DNA of 52,671 nucleotides, taken from positions 1 through 52,671 of the forward strand of contig CAWAQU010000001.1 in assembly GCA_963784355.1 (NCBI GenBank). The letters are read 5' to 3'. The notes under the pieces are model-generated. The model was not told where the DNA came from, did no database searches, and saw nothing but the letters and a program-made list of their open reading frames with translations. The first letter of the stretch is position 1; each line of letters begins with the position of its first letter. The position numbers and the translations under genes are program-made. This document shows positions 31,797 through 41,703 of the stretch, in pieces. This stretch comes from an uncultured bacterium (GTDB lineage: Bacteria > Patescibacteriota > JACMRA01).

Positions 31797-31824
31797 GCAC
31801 TCCTGTAAAAAGGGGTGTTTTTTG
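31797..31824 (+). terminator. Intrinsic terminator after gap
   Basis: GCACTCCT-GTAAAA-AGGGGTGT plus T run. Confidence 0.8.
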
Positions 31825-31910
31825 TTTTGTAGGCAATTGTCCCTATTGTAAATACGGTTATTATGACTTGTAGTCTGACAATAAGGAGAGAAACTAAACT
31901 ATAAAAATCA

Positions 31911-32603
31911 TTATTTTTCATTAAAGAATTCATTAAAAATTTCATCAGATAATTTGTTGATATCTTGCCTGGTTACTTTTTTCAACATTTTATGTAAACC
32001 ATGTTCATCTTTTAATATAAAACTTTCACCAGAGTCACCTCTCGTAAATCCTACAATGCTTGTATTATCTTGCAATCTATCAACAGCTTCCTCAGTAGTG
32101 TTGAATAATTTTACATTTGCAGTATAGATTTTGTTACCCGGTAAAACTTGGTATCCTTCTAATGGTGAAAGTGAGGTTAAAGTTACCAAATCAAAGTTGA
32201 CCCCTATCTCTTGAAAATAATATTCAAAAATTTTATAGTTTTCTCCAGTAATCAAGGATTCAGTTACTACTAGAATAGGTTTGTTTATCAATTTTTTATA
32301 TTTTGTTAAATATTCTATGTTATCGATAATTGATTTGTGTGGATTTGGTAATTTTAAGTGCCTCAAGCTTTTTGGTTTTATACCAACAGTTAAGAGATTA
32401 GAAAATCCATTTTTATTTAATATCTTATTAACTAGTTTACCAATAATTAGAGCTGGAATACGACCACTAACATCATCAGAACATATTAAACCATACTTAT
32501 TCTGTTCCAGTGCAGGAATTAAATCGTTCATTAATTTAATTACATATTCCTTTAGTTTTGGAATGATAAAAGTGTTATATTCAGAGTTAATTGGATCTTC
32601 CAT
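31911..32603 (-). CDS. Hypothetical protein, PRTase-like fold suspected
   Basis: ICSDDVSGRIPAL and ILVVTESLITGE resemble the PPi loop and PRPP loop of type I PRTases. Confidence 0.55.
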   Translation of the reverse strand: MEDPINSEYNTFIIPKLKEYVIKLMNDLIPALEQNKYGLICSDDVSGRIPALIIGKLVNKILNKNGFSNLLTVGIKPKSLRHLKLPNPHKSIIDNIEYLTKYKKLINKPILVVTESLITGENYKIFEYYFQEIGVNFDLVTLTSLSPLEGYQVLPGNKIYTANVKLFNTTEEAVDRLQDNTSIVGFTRGDSGESFILKDEHGLHKMLKKVTRQDINKLSDEIFNEFFNEK

Positions 32604-32705
32604 ATACTTATTATTTTATTTACTTTATGTGATGCTAGAATATATAATAGCACAAAAATACCACATTATCAATGGTACTGATATTATACTTAAGACCATA
32701 TATTT

Positions 32706-33602
32706 TTATTGTGTTAGCTTTTGTACTATTTGTTTATATCCTACTGTTTCAGTTACTTCAGGATAGTCTTCACACAGCTCAATTTCAATCATTTTATAAC
32801 CACAATTAGTAAAAAAAGGTTCATTTGCTACATAGCGAATTAGCACATAATCTTTTCTATTTTGTTTAGCTAGCTCTTCAATATAACGCATTATTTGTTT
32901 GCCAGGACGCAATCCAGCATAATTTGCGGAATAAGGGAAAAAATGGGGTACTTCAATAGCCTGTTCACCACCTGTTAATTTTAGAGCAGTTGAAATTTGC
33001 TTACTTATCTCAGGCTTAATAATAACTTGCAATTTATCTACATTAGTTCCAGTAGAATCAGTTAACTCTTTTGTAACCTCCCTTCCATCCGCATTTTTAT
33101 ACAATGCCTTGGTCCCAAATTCCAAGATCAAATCATTTTTGTAGGTTTCAGCTTTTTTTATAAAAAGTTCCAAAGATACACTATTCAGAACTTGTTTCAA
33201 AATTAATTCCAAGGCAGCTTTTTTTATATTAACATTACTTTCTTTATGCTTTAAAATTTTTACCAAATCGAAATAACGCTGCTTATCTCTATAAAATTCT
33301 TTAATTTCTATATCTACCTTAGGCAAAATATCAAAAGAAAAGTCAACTGAATTCGATTCATCAAAGTCTCTTATATAATTTCTCAATGTTTCTGCTATCC
33401 CGAACGAAGTATGAATATTTAAATATGATTTAAGCATTTTCAAAGTGCGGTTGTTTGCCTCATACAAATTAGGATAAACCTGTGTGAAATCTTTTAAACC
33501 CCAGGATTTTACTGTAGTATTAGGTTCCAAATTTGGAAAGCAATTTAAGTCGTATATTCCATTATCTATCTTTAGCGTATCAAACTTGCGTCTAAATTCC
33601 AT
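32706..33602 (-). CDS. Hypothetical protein with a C-terminal GNAT-like domain
   Basis: G...GKQIMRYIEELAKQ....VLI....NEPFFTNCGY resembles GNAT motifs A and B. Confidence 0.55.
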   Translation of the reverse strand: MEFRRKFDTLKIDNGIYDLNCFPNLEPNTTVKSWGLKDFTQVYPNLYEANNRTLKMLKSYLNIHTSFGIAETLRNYIRDFDESNSVDFSFDILPKVDIEIKEFYRDKQRYFDLVKILKHKESNVNIKKAALELILKQVLNSVSLELFIKKAETYKNDLILEFGTKALYKNADGREVTKELTDSTGTNVDKLQVIIKPEISKQISTALKLTGGEQAIEVPHFFPYSANYAGLRPGKQIMRYIEELAKQNRKDYVLIRYVANEPFFTNCGYKMIEIELCEDYPEVTETVGYKQIVQKLTQ

Positions 33603-33669
33603 AATATTACCACTATAGCACAAAAAATTGCTTTGTTCAATCTTGATTTTAATTAGCAGATCATTAAAT

Positions 33670-35025
33670 TTATACGTTAGCCCTTTCCCAAAAATCCTTA
33701 TTATTCAAATTTTTTAAACACCATTGAAATTGCCCGTCACTAATATCATCTGAAAACTGGTCTATCGCTAAAATGCTATAAACCAAAATATATCTAAATA
33801 TCTTAACTTTTTCATCTTCAGTGATTCTTATATTTATCAGCTGCCAAATTTGGTTTTTCCAATCAATATTAGATTTATTATACATGTCCATGAATTGCCA
33901 ACCTAAAGCAACATCAAATAAATGATCTCCCTTCATAGTAAAAGTCCCAAAATCAAAAACTGAACTAACTTCCAAATTATCAGAAAACATTATATTTCCC
34001 GGGTAAAAATCACCATGAATCAAATCATATTTACCTGTATACTGGGTACTAAAAGCACTAACTAACTTTTCAAATTTTTTCTGGAAATCAACAACATTTT
34101 CATTAAATACATTATTTAGTTTACCATATTTATATTTCAGTGATTCGACAATAAAATCATTCCAATCATTATTTTTTCTTTCGGGAAATATTTTAGGATT
34201 TCTATATAAAAACTCACCTTGATGAGGAATTGTGGAATTTATTTCTTTTATACTGAATAAAGCATTAACGTAACTATTTAAAAACTTCTCTGCATCGTCA
34301 GAGCTTAGGTTTTTAATATTGGATAGTGTAAATACCTTGCCGTTTAACTTTTTTTCGGTAACTAAAATACAATCTGATTTTTCTTCCACATTATAAATCT
34401 TGGGTAGTTCAAAATTTAAATTTTTGGTATCTAGGCTATCATAAAATAGTTTTAGTTTGTGAAAATTACTAAGTTCAACATTATTAGGATAGATTTTTAC
34501 TACAGTATCGTCATTATTATCAAAAACAGTTGCTTCCATTCCTGATCCAATCAATTTTTTACTTTTTAAGCCCAGCTTTTCGATTTGCTCCTGAGTTAAT
34601 TTCTGGATATACTTCAAATAATTCCCCTGCCCGCCAACTAAAATCTTTTCAGCTTCATCCAACTCAACCCAAAAAAATTTGAATTTCATCATGTTATCTT
34701 CTCCGTTTCCACTTACTATATGGACCCACTCATCTCTTGTTTCAATTGATTTTAAGCAGAAAACATGTCTATTATGAATTTCTTGTTTTTCTTTAGAAAT
34801 ATACTCAAAATTACCTAAAAATCTAATTTCTTCGAAGTTTTCTAAGCCTGACTCTTCATAAATTTCTCTAATCACACCATTTTCAGGTGATTCACCCAAT
34901 TCTAATGTACCTGCAGGAACTTGAGTACCAACCTTGGGTATATCTACATGGTCGAAAACCAGCAATTCAGTTTTACTTTTTATTTCTCTGATTATATAAG
35001 CTAATACTTTCTCTTTGTGAATCAT
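33670..35025 (-). CDS. Nudix hydrolase / aminoglycoside-phosphotransferase-like kinase fusion
   Basis: Nudix box GTLELGESPENGVIREIYEESGL; kinase motifs IGSGME, VVK, HGDFYPGN and FDFG. Confidence 0.85.
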   Translation of the reverse strand: MIHKEKVLAYIIREIKSKTELLVFDHVDIPKVGTQVPAGTLELGESPENGVIREIYEESGLENFEEIRFLGNFEYISKEKQEIHNRHVFCLKSIETRDEWVHIVSGNGEDNMMKFKFFWVELDEAEKILVGGQGNYLKYIQKLTQEQIEKLGLKSKKLIGSGMEATVFDNNDDTVVKIYPNNVELSNFHKLKLFYDSLDTKNLNFELPKIYNVEEKSDCILVTEKKLNGKVFTLSNIKNLSSDDAEKFLNSYVNALFSIKEINSTIPHQGEFLYRNPKIFPERKNNDWNDFIVESLKYKYGKLNNVFNENVVDFQKKFEKLVSAFSTQYTGKYDLIHGDFYPGNIMFSDNLEVSSVFDFGTFTMKGDHLFDVALGWQFMDMYNKSNIDWKNQIWQLINIRITEDEKVKIFRYILVYSILAIDQFSDDISDGQFQWCLKNLNNKDFWERANV

Positions 35026-35116
35026 ATCCAATCTTTATGCTAACTCCGAGAAAATGTAAAGTTGACAGAAAATGAATAGCCGTTAATTGTTGGTCATTAT
35101 TTAATATAATATTATT

Positions 35117-35539
35117 ATGGCTAAAATTATCGCATATTTAAGTTTCAACGGAAATTGTACAGAAGCAATGAATTTTTATAAAAATGCTTTAAATGCAGAT
35201 TTGGAAATCCAAACTCTAGGTCAGTCTCCAATGGCGGACCAAACACCTGCTGAAATGAAAGATAGAGTTCTTCACTCAGCTCTAACAAAAGGAGATTTAA
35301 GTATTTATGCTTCTGATATGATCAGACCCGATGACAAATATATACCCGGTGGTATGGTGGCTTTAAGTATAATGTGTGACAGCGAAGATCAAATTCACAC
35401 CTTTTATAATAATCTATGTCAGGATGGCACACCTTCAGATCCTCTTACAGACACATCTTGGGGAGCTATATTTGGTACTTTAACTGACAAATTTGGTGTC
35501 AGATGGATGTTTAATTACGATAAAAATCAGTTAAGCTAG
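35117..35539 (+). CDS. VOC-family protein (PhnB/YjdN-like)
   Basis: YLSFNGNC.EAM.FY, HSAL, ASD and WGA.FG.LTDKFGVRWM motifs. Confidence 0.9.
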   Translation: MAKIIAYLSFNGNCTEAMNFYKNALNADLEIQTLGQSPMADQTPAEMKDRVLHSALTKGDLSIYASDMIRPDDKYIPGGMVALSIMCDSEDQIHTFYNNLCQDGTPSDPLTDTSWGAIFGTLTDKFGVRWMFNYDKNQLS

Positions 35540-36894
35540 AAATTAGATTTTAGTGCAGAAAATTTTGAGTTATTTTGTTTACTTAGATTTAAATTCGAGA
35601 AATTTCTAACATTATTATCTTTAGTTTGCTTCATTTTCTTTTTTTCCTGTTTGTAGAAGCTATTGGAATTACCCTGATTTAAAAGTTGTGATGCAAAATT
35701 ATATAAATTAATTATATCTTTATAACCTTCACTATTTGGATGGATGCCATCAGTTTTTTTATCTTCAGTTAAGTTAGGATTTACTAGAATAAGATTTGGG
35801 TTAGTTACGGTCAATAAATATAAATTAGCTCTAAACTGAGCTATATCACCATTTTGAATATGAGTAGTTATCTTGTTTGCATAAACTCTACTCATTTTAC
35901 CATTTTCTGCGAGCTGATTTAAATATTCTGCTCCAGGCACATAAGACGGCATTAAATAAAGAATTTTTACACCTTTCAGTGCGTTGACGATTATCTGCAA
36001 ATTTTGTGTTACTTCCTCAACAGACTCCCCTGCTAGGAAATCATTGGTTGAGAGACTTAATCTTACGTCATTAACTAAGCCTAACTCAGCTACTTTTTTA
36101 AGCTTTGGCAGTATAAGCTTGATAAACTGGCCTGTATTTAACCCAGAGATGGATATATTGTACAGGTTTTGAGCAGCTGGATTGTTATGATTAATTGAAT
36201 CACCTGCAAATAAAGTAACTTTTTTTCCTTCTAGCATTATTAGGTCAAGTTCTAAATTAGACATTTCTTGCCATAGTTCCAAACCTGGATTTTGATCAGG
36301 GCCTAATTTACAATAAAAATTGAGTAGTTTATTGTACCTATCAACTATTTCACCACCTTCAAAATTTTTAATTTTTTGAAATATTGTATTGAGGTCTCTG
36401 TCAAATTTATCTCTATTCGACACCCCCTTTTGTTCAACTTGATTTATTGATGCTTCAGTTGATAGACCTACAATTTGAACGTAACCATTCTTGGCCACAG
36501 ATTGCAATCTAGAATCTTTTAATATATTCATCTGAGCTACTTGAAATATCTGTTCAGGATTTACATTACCATAAACATCACCATTTACAGTGAATTCAAA
36601 AAGTTTATTACCTGAGTACGTTACTGCAATTTTATCCCCAATTTTCACTCCGGAAAAGGTTTTTGGACCGATCTGATTCAATTGATTGGCTTCTATACTA
36701 AGAATTCTTTGATTTTCCTGAAAATTTTGCTTTACCCGCTGTTCTGTTCTATTAACAGTTTTGCCTACCAATTCAGTTGATTTTTCTTTAGACAATACCG
36801 CTGTACCTGATAGTAAAAATATACTGGCTGTTAATGCTAGAACCTCTGCCCTTTTATTCACATTAATTACGTTCGATTCAATAAGTTTCTTCAT
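35536..36894 (-). CDS. Exported SGNH/GDSL hydrolase
   Basis: Block I GDSI, block II ISG, block III STND, block V DGIHPN; N-terminal hydrophobic segment. Confidence 0.8.
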   Translation of the reverse strand: MKKLIESNVINVNKRAEVLALTASIFLLSGTAVLSKEKSTELVGKTVNRTEQRVKQNFQENQRILSIEANQLNQIGPKTFSGVKIGDKIAVTYSGNKLFEFTVNGDVYGNVNPEQIFQVAQMNILKDSRLQSVAKNGYVQIVGLSTEASINQVEQKGVSNRDKFDRDLNTIFQKIKNFEGGEIVDRYNKLLNFYCKLGPDQNPGLELWQEMSNLELDLIMLEGKKVTLFAGDSINHNNPAAQNLYNISISGLNTGQFIKLILPKLKKVAELGLVNDVRLSLSTNDFLAGESVEEVTQNLQIIVNALKGVKILYLMPSYVPGAEYLNQLAENGKMSRVYANKITTHIQNGDIAQFRANLYLLTVTNPNLILVNPNLTEDKKTDGIHPNSEGYKDIINLYNFASQLLNQGNSNSFYKQEKKKMKQTKDNNVRNFSNLNLSKQNNSKFSALKSNF

Positions 36895-37063
36895 AATTCG
36901 ACAAGAAATTTTTAGGTAAAATTGCAACAAAAATTGCAAACTCTTTATCCTTGCATAAAATCATAATTTAGTCAAAAAACTTATTTCGACATACCTAAAA
37001 TACCCTAATTATCTCAAGAAATCATTGACATTACTGCTAATATTATATATGGATTAGGAAAAT

Positions 37064-37522
37064 ATGCTAAAAAAACTAAACCCTTTACTAGATGATCCTA
37101 TTGAAAATCTGTACATTGAACTTTTGAGTAACTGGAATAATCAAAATAGTTTAGGAATGAGTGAGCTTTTTTCAGAACAAGGTATTATAGTGGGATTTGA
37201 CGGAAGTACAATTACAGGAAAAAACGAAATCAACGCTCACTTAACAGAAATATTTACTCATCATAAAACAGCTACTTATGTAGCTAAAATAAAGTCTATC
37301 CAGTCTATTACTTCTGAGGTTTTTATGCTTCAAGGAATAGCAGGCATGATCCCTCCGGAGAAAAAAGAAATTTACCCCAGATTAAATGTTATACAAACTT
37401 TAGTAGCTTCCAAAAAACAAAATAAATTTCAAATTGAACTATTTCAAAATACCCATTTAGCCTTTCACATGAATAAGCAATTGAAAAAAGATGTTATTAA
37501 AGAACTAAAAGAGCTGGTATAG
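37064..37522 (+). CDS. SgcJ/EcaC-like NTF2-fold protein
   Basis: WN......F...G..VGFDGS...G..I..HL..IF.HH.T and FQNT pattern. Confidence 0.8.
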   Translation: MLKKLNPLLDDPIENLYIELLSNWNNQNSLGMSELFSEQGIIVGFDGSTITGKNEINAHLTEIFTHHKTATYVAKIKSIQSITSEVFMLQGIAGMIPPEKKEIYPRLNVIQTLVASKKQNKFQIELFQNTHLAFHMNKQLKKDVIKELKELV

Positions 37523-37525
37523 CAT

Positions 37526-39385
37526 CTATAATATTTGCAGAGTCTCCCAATTTGCTATCAAAGTATCCAGCTCAGGCTTCAATTTTTCCAATCTTTCAGT
37601 CTCTTTTGTAAAATTAGCAGGGTCTTTACTATAAAATTCGGGGTCTTTAAATTTTTCTTCAAGTTGCTTAATCTGTACCTCGAGTGTTTCAATTCTTCGC
37701 TCAATATTTTTCAAGTCTTTTTGCTTTTGTCTTAAATCTTTTTGTGATATTTTGTGAGGATCATTAAATTTAGCATTATCTACATTTACAGGTTTAAAAG
37801 TCTTTTTTTTAGCTACATAATCACTATAGTTTCCAGTACTTAGAGTAAATTTACCATCACCTTCAAGAGCTAAAATTGTATTGCATGTTCTATCTAAAAA
37901 ATATCTGTCATGGCTAATTAAAATAGCTATACCTTCGTAGCGCTCCAATGATTCTTCAAGCAATCTAATAGTTTCTAAATCTAAATCATTTGTAGGTTCG
38001 TCTAAAATTAAACAATTGCCGGATTTCTTTAAGATTTTAGCAAGTAATAGCCTTGCTTTCTCACCTCCGGAAAAACCCTTGATTGGGCTAGTAATACGCT
38101 GGTTATCAAACAAAAATCTCCTTAGATATGCCCTGGTACTTATAGTTCGCTCACCAAAGCTAGTTGTCTCTTGGCTTTCTCCAACTTCTTCAAATGGTGT
38201 GTTATCCAAATTCAAAGTCATTTTTTCTTGATCTTGGTAGTTGAATTCGGTATTTTGACCAATTACAATTTTGCCTTTCTGCACAGGAATTTTACCTAAA
38301 ATAGATTTGATTATGGTAGTTTTTCCACTGCCATTTGGTCCGATTATTCCGAGCCTAGTATTTTGATCAAAGCTAAAGTTGAAATTGGTTAAAACTTTTT
38401 TATTACCTATTTCTAGATCTAGATCCTCAAAATTTATAATTTTATTTCCCAATGGTTTGATTGGCGGCAATATCGGCTCCATATCTTCATAAATCAGACC
38501 TTTTTTCTGATCTTTCAACTCATAAAATCGCTGTAATCTTCCTTTATCCTTGGTTCCCCTACCCTTCACACCCGCATTCACCCACTCAAGCTCTCGTTTC
38601 AAAAAAGCTTCTTTTCGTTCCTCTTGAGTTCCGGATATCTCTAAACGTAGTGCTTTTGCCTGTAAATAATCATGGTAGTTACCGGCATGTTGATACATTT
38701 TTCCATCGTAAATCTCAATCATTCTGTTAGCCAAGTTATCTAAAAAATATCTATCATGAGATACTAAAAGCACAGCGCCAGTATAAGTTTTTATAATGTC
38801 CTCCAAATTTTGTATCGCTTGAATATCCAAATGATTTGTAGGCTCATCCAAAATCAGAATATCAGGCCTACCAATAACTGCTTTAACTAGAGCTACTTTA
38901 CGTCTTTCACCTCCTGACAAATTTTTCACAGGCTTAGTCGAATCTATACCCACTAGACTTCGTATAATATCATTAATCTCTGAGGCAACATATTCATGCT
39001 TTACCAAATCCAGATGTTTCCAAGGTTTTTCTAGCTCTACCAAATCACTTACATAAACCAATTCATCCGAATCAAAAAGTAACTTGGTCTCAAACCAACC
39101 TTTAGCCACTGCTTCAAAAATTGTATCACTGGAGTCAAAATCAAATTCCTGAGCAACATAGCCTAAGCTGATCCCGGTTTTATATTCCAGCTTACCCACA
39201 TCAGGCTCAGCTAAACCAGCTATTACTTTAAGAAATGTAGATTTTCCAGATCCATTTCTACCTACCACACCCACAATTTCACCTTCTTTTAGCTCAAAAT
39301 TCACTTCATCCAAAATATTTTTGTGGCCAAAATGTATTCCTACTCCTACACCTTTTAAAAGTGTACTCAAATTTTCAACGGGCAT
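37526..39385 (-). CDS. ABC-F family ATPase (Uup-like)
   Basis: Two ABC domains (GRNGSGKST/LSGGE/DEPTNHLD and GPNGSGKTT/FSGGE/DEPTNDLD), no TM segment, C-terminal coiled coil. Confidence 0.93.
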   Translation of the reverse strand: MPVENLSTLLKGVGVGIHFGHKNILDEVNFELKEGEIVGVVGRNGSGKSTFLKVIAGLAEPDVGKLEYKTGISLGYVAQEFDFDSSDTIFEAVAKGWFETKLLFDSDELVYVSDLVELEKPWKHLDLVKHEYVASEINDIIRSLVGIDSTKPVKNLSGGERRKVALVKAVIGRPDILILDEPTNHLDIQAIQNLEDIIKTYTGAVLLVSHDRYFLDNLANRMIEIYDGKMYQHAGNYHDYLQAKALRLEISGTQEERKEAFLKRELEWVNAGVKGRGTKDKGRLQRFYELKDQKKGLIYEDMEPILPPIKPLGNKIINFEDLDLEIGNKKVLTNFNFSFDQNTRLGIIGPNGSGKTTIIKSILGKIPVQKGKIVIGQNTEFNYQDQEKMTLNLDNTPFEEVGESQETTSFGERTISTRAYLRRFLFDNQRITSPIKGFSGGEKARLLLAKILKKSGNCLILDEPTNDLDLETIRLLEESLERYEGIAILISHDRYFLDRTCNTILALEGDGKFTLSTGNYSDYVAKKKTFKPVNVDNAKFNDPHKISQKDLRQKQKDLKNIERRIETLEVQIKQLEEKFKDPEFYSKDPANFTKETERLEKLKPELDTLIANWETLQIL

Positions 39386-39650
39386 TTACTATAAACTATC
39401 TTTAAAATTTTATTAGGTCAAATGAGCTTGTATCAGAAACCAAAGCAAGCTTTGGAAACAACTAGGTACTCTGATTACTAACAAAGGGTATATTTTTAAA
39501 CTCTTACAACTGATTTTAGTCTAATAAATGAGTTAAAAAGGCTTAAAAGTTGAGTAATAAAACTCAAGATATATAATTTGACCAAGCATAAATTGTGCAG
39601 TATACTTAAACAAGTAAGCTTACTACAAACAAAGTAACAAAAACAAAAAT

Positions 39651-40616
39651 ATGTACAAACCACTCCAAAAAATTTTAGGCACATTTGCTTTTGCAACAAT
39701 AATATTTTCATTTAGTCAGGTTCCTGTACATTCACAGGGAATCAGTTTAAGTATCACTCCTAGTTCAACAACTGTATCTCAGGCTACTACAATTGCCTTG
39801 AGCTATACATCATCAAGTAGTATTGGTGCCGGATCAAAGTTTCAGCTCGATATGAATTCAGGCTACACTGGAACTCCCGCATTTAGCGTAAACGGCACAG
39901 CAGTTACAGCTACAAGCACCACATCCGGTACTACAAAATCATATAGTTTTACACCCGGTACTTCCATTGCAGCAGGTAATGTTACTGTCCAGGTTACAGG
40001 TTTAACAACCCCCGTTACAGCAGGTAATTACGAATTTGATTTAGGAGTAGCAAATAAATTTTATGGTGCAGTTTTACAATATGTAGGACAAGCAAATCAA
40101 ACTGAGGTAAGAGGTTTTGTACCAACTACTTTAAGTTTGGCACTTTCAACTAATGTATGTGACTTAGGAACTTTAACTACTACTACAGTTGCTTCATGTA
40201 ATTATAGAATTATTACCAACACAAATGCATCAAGTGGATACAACCTTTATATGAAAACAAGTGGTGATTTCAGTAATGGAACTTGTGCACTACCAAATTC
40301 AAGTGCAGGAACCAACGGTACAGGAGGCACAGCTATTACTGCAGGTACTCCAAGATTTGGAGCTATAGTTAGTAAAGGTGCTACTACAAGTGGAAGCACT
40401 ACATCATTAGCTTCACAATATAATGGAGGTTCAAATCCGGTAGCTATAAATAATACTACAAGTACTTTAATGATGAGCTCAACCGGACCAAATAATCCTG
40501 CTGTCTCAGACACTACAAATACATCTCAAGTAACCAACTATGCAGCAATCAGTGGTAATACTTGTGCAGGTAACTATACCCAAACTCAGGAAATCACATC
40601 CGTTGCAAACTTTTAA
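39651..40616 (+). CDS. Secreted Ser/Thr-rich two-domain beta protein, pilin/WxL-like C-terminal domain
   Basis: Signal peptide (VHS|Q); VPTTLSLAL, TNASSGYNL and terminal AGNYTQTQEITSVANF; 4 Cys. Confidence 0.7.
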   Translation: MYKPLQKILGTFAFATIIFSFSQVPVHSQGISLSITPSSTTVSQATTIALSYTSSSSIGAGSKFQLDMNSGYTGTPAFSVNGTAVTATSTTSGTTKSYSFTPGTSIAAGNVTVQVTGLTTPVTAGNYEFDLGVANKFYGAVLQYVGQANQTEVRGFVPTTLSLALSTNVCDLGTLTTTTVASCNYRIITNTNASSGYNLYMKTSGDFSNGTCALPNSSAGTNGTGGTAITAGTPRFGAIVSKGATTSGSTTSLASQYNGGSNPVAINNTTSTLMMSSTGPNNPAVSDTTNTSQVTNYAAISGNTCAGNYTQTQEITSVANF

Positions 40617-40637
40617 AATATAAGATAGAATAGGGTT

Positions 40638-41699
40638 ATGTTAAAGAAAATACTCGCATTCTGCCTTGGAATTATTCTAATTTCCAGTTTAGCTCCAATA
40701 CAAACCGAATCTCAGCAGATTACTCAAAATAGAGGGTTAATTGTCACTCCCGCAATAATAGAAGCGGAGTTAGATCCCGGCAGCAGTAATATCTTTAATA
40801 TAACCCTAGAAAATGACACACCAAATCAGACTTACAATCTTTTTCCCAGAATTCAAACTTTTAAAGAGGGAGATAGAGAAGGATCAGCCATACTTGAAGA
40901 GCTCTCAACTGCAGATCCAATTTATAAATGGATAAGTTTTTCAGAAAAATCAATAAATCTTCAACCTAAAGCTAAAAAAGATATTAGTGTATCCGTGAAT
41001 TTACCTGTAGGAGCAAAAGCCGGAGGTTATTATCTAGCACTAGTTTTCAGTACTAAAAATCCTTCTGAAACTTCAGAAACAAAAATTAATTTAGACCAAG
41101 CTGTAGCCACATTATTATTTTTACAAGTTAAAGGTGTAATCCAAAGACAGGCTACTTTTGATAAAGTACAGATAAATTCAAAACAAGGTTTTATTACTAA
41201 TTTAATGCAAAATTTAGGATTTTCTGATACTTGTTGTGTTTATGATCCTTTTTTTGATCCCATTGAACTTAGTTATCAAATTAAGGTAGAAGGCAATACT
41301 CACCTAAAGCCTGAGGGCAATATTTTAATCTATGAAAATGCCGAAAGACCTCAATCCACAATTGACATCAATCCAAACAATAAAATAATTTTACCCGACT
41401 CAAAGAGAAGTTTCGGGCTAATGTTAAAATCATCTTTGTTGTCAGCTAATTTTATAAATAATTTAGCGTTTGCAGATAATATCTATGATAGCACTGAAGA
41501 GGTATATACACCTATAATCGGAATGCAAAATCTTGATTTGAAATTTGTATATACAAATAGCAGTAGTGAACTTGAAACTCAAAACTTGGGATTTAAGTAT
41601 ATTTTATTTCCTTGGAAAACTCTAACCCTCTTACTTTTAGTTTTGGCCTCATCAGGCTTACTAATATTTGGTGTTAAAAAATTCAAATTAAAAAAGTAG
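40638..41699 (+). CDS. DUF916-like (WxL-interacting, chaperone-like) protein with a C-terminal membrane anchor
   Basis: Signal peptide; VTPA..E..LDPG, ITLEN, WISF....L.P, P..A.AGGYY and GNTHLKP.G motifs; C-terminal TM plus basic tail. Confidence 0.75.
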   Translation: MLKKILAFCLGIILISSLAPIQTESQQITQNRGLIVTPAIIEAELDPGSSNIFNITLENDTPNQTYNLFPRIQTFKEGDREGSAILEELSTADPIYKWISFSEKSINLQPKAKKDISVSVNLPVGAKAGGYYLALVFSTKNPSETSETKINLDQAVATLLFLQVKGVIQRQATFDKVQINSKQGFITNLMQNLGFSDTCCVYDPFFDPIELSYQIKVEGNTHLKPEGNILIYENAERPQSTIDINPNNKIILPDSKRSFGLMLKSSLLSANFINNLAFADNIYDSTEEVYTPIIGMQNLDLKFVYTNSSSELETQNLGFKYILFPWKTLTLLLLVLASSGLLIFGVKKFKLKK

Positions 41700-41703
41700 T
41701 TAC

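Noticed and set aside
32706-34605. QKLTQ peptide shared by the end of the GNAT-like gene and the Nudix-APH linker
   Set aside because: The codons differ and five residues is compatible with chance.
39422-39500. Riboswitch upstream of the surface locus (inverted repeat CCAAAGC-AA-GCTTTGG)
   Set aside because: It is one short inverted repeat with no recognisable c-di-GMP or other riboswitch consensus.
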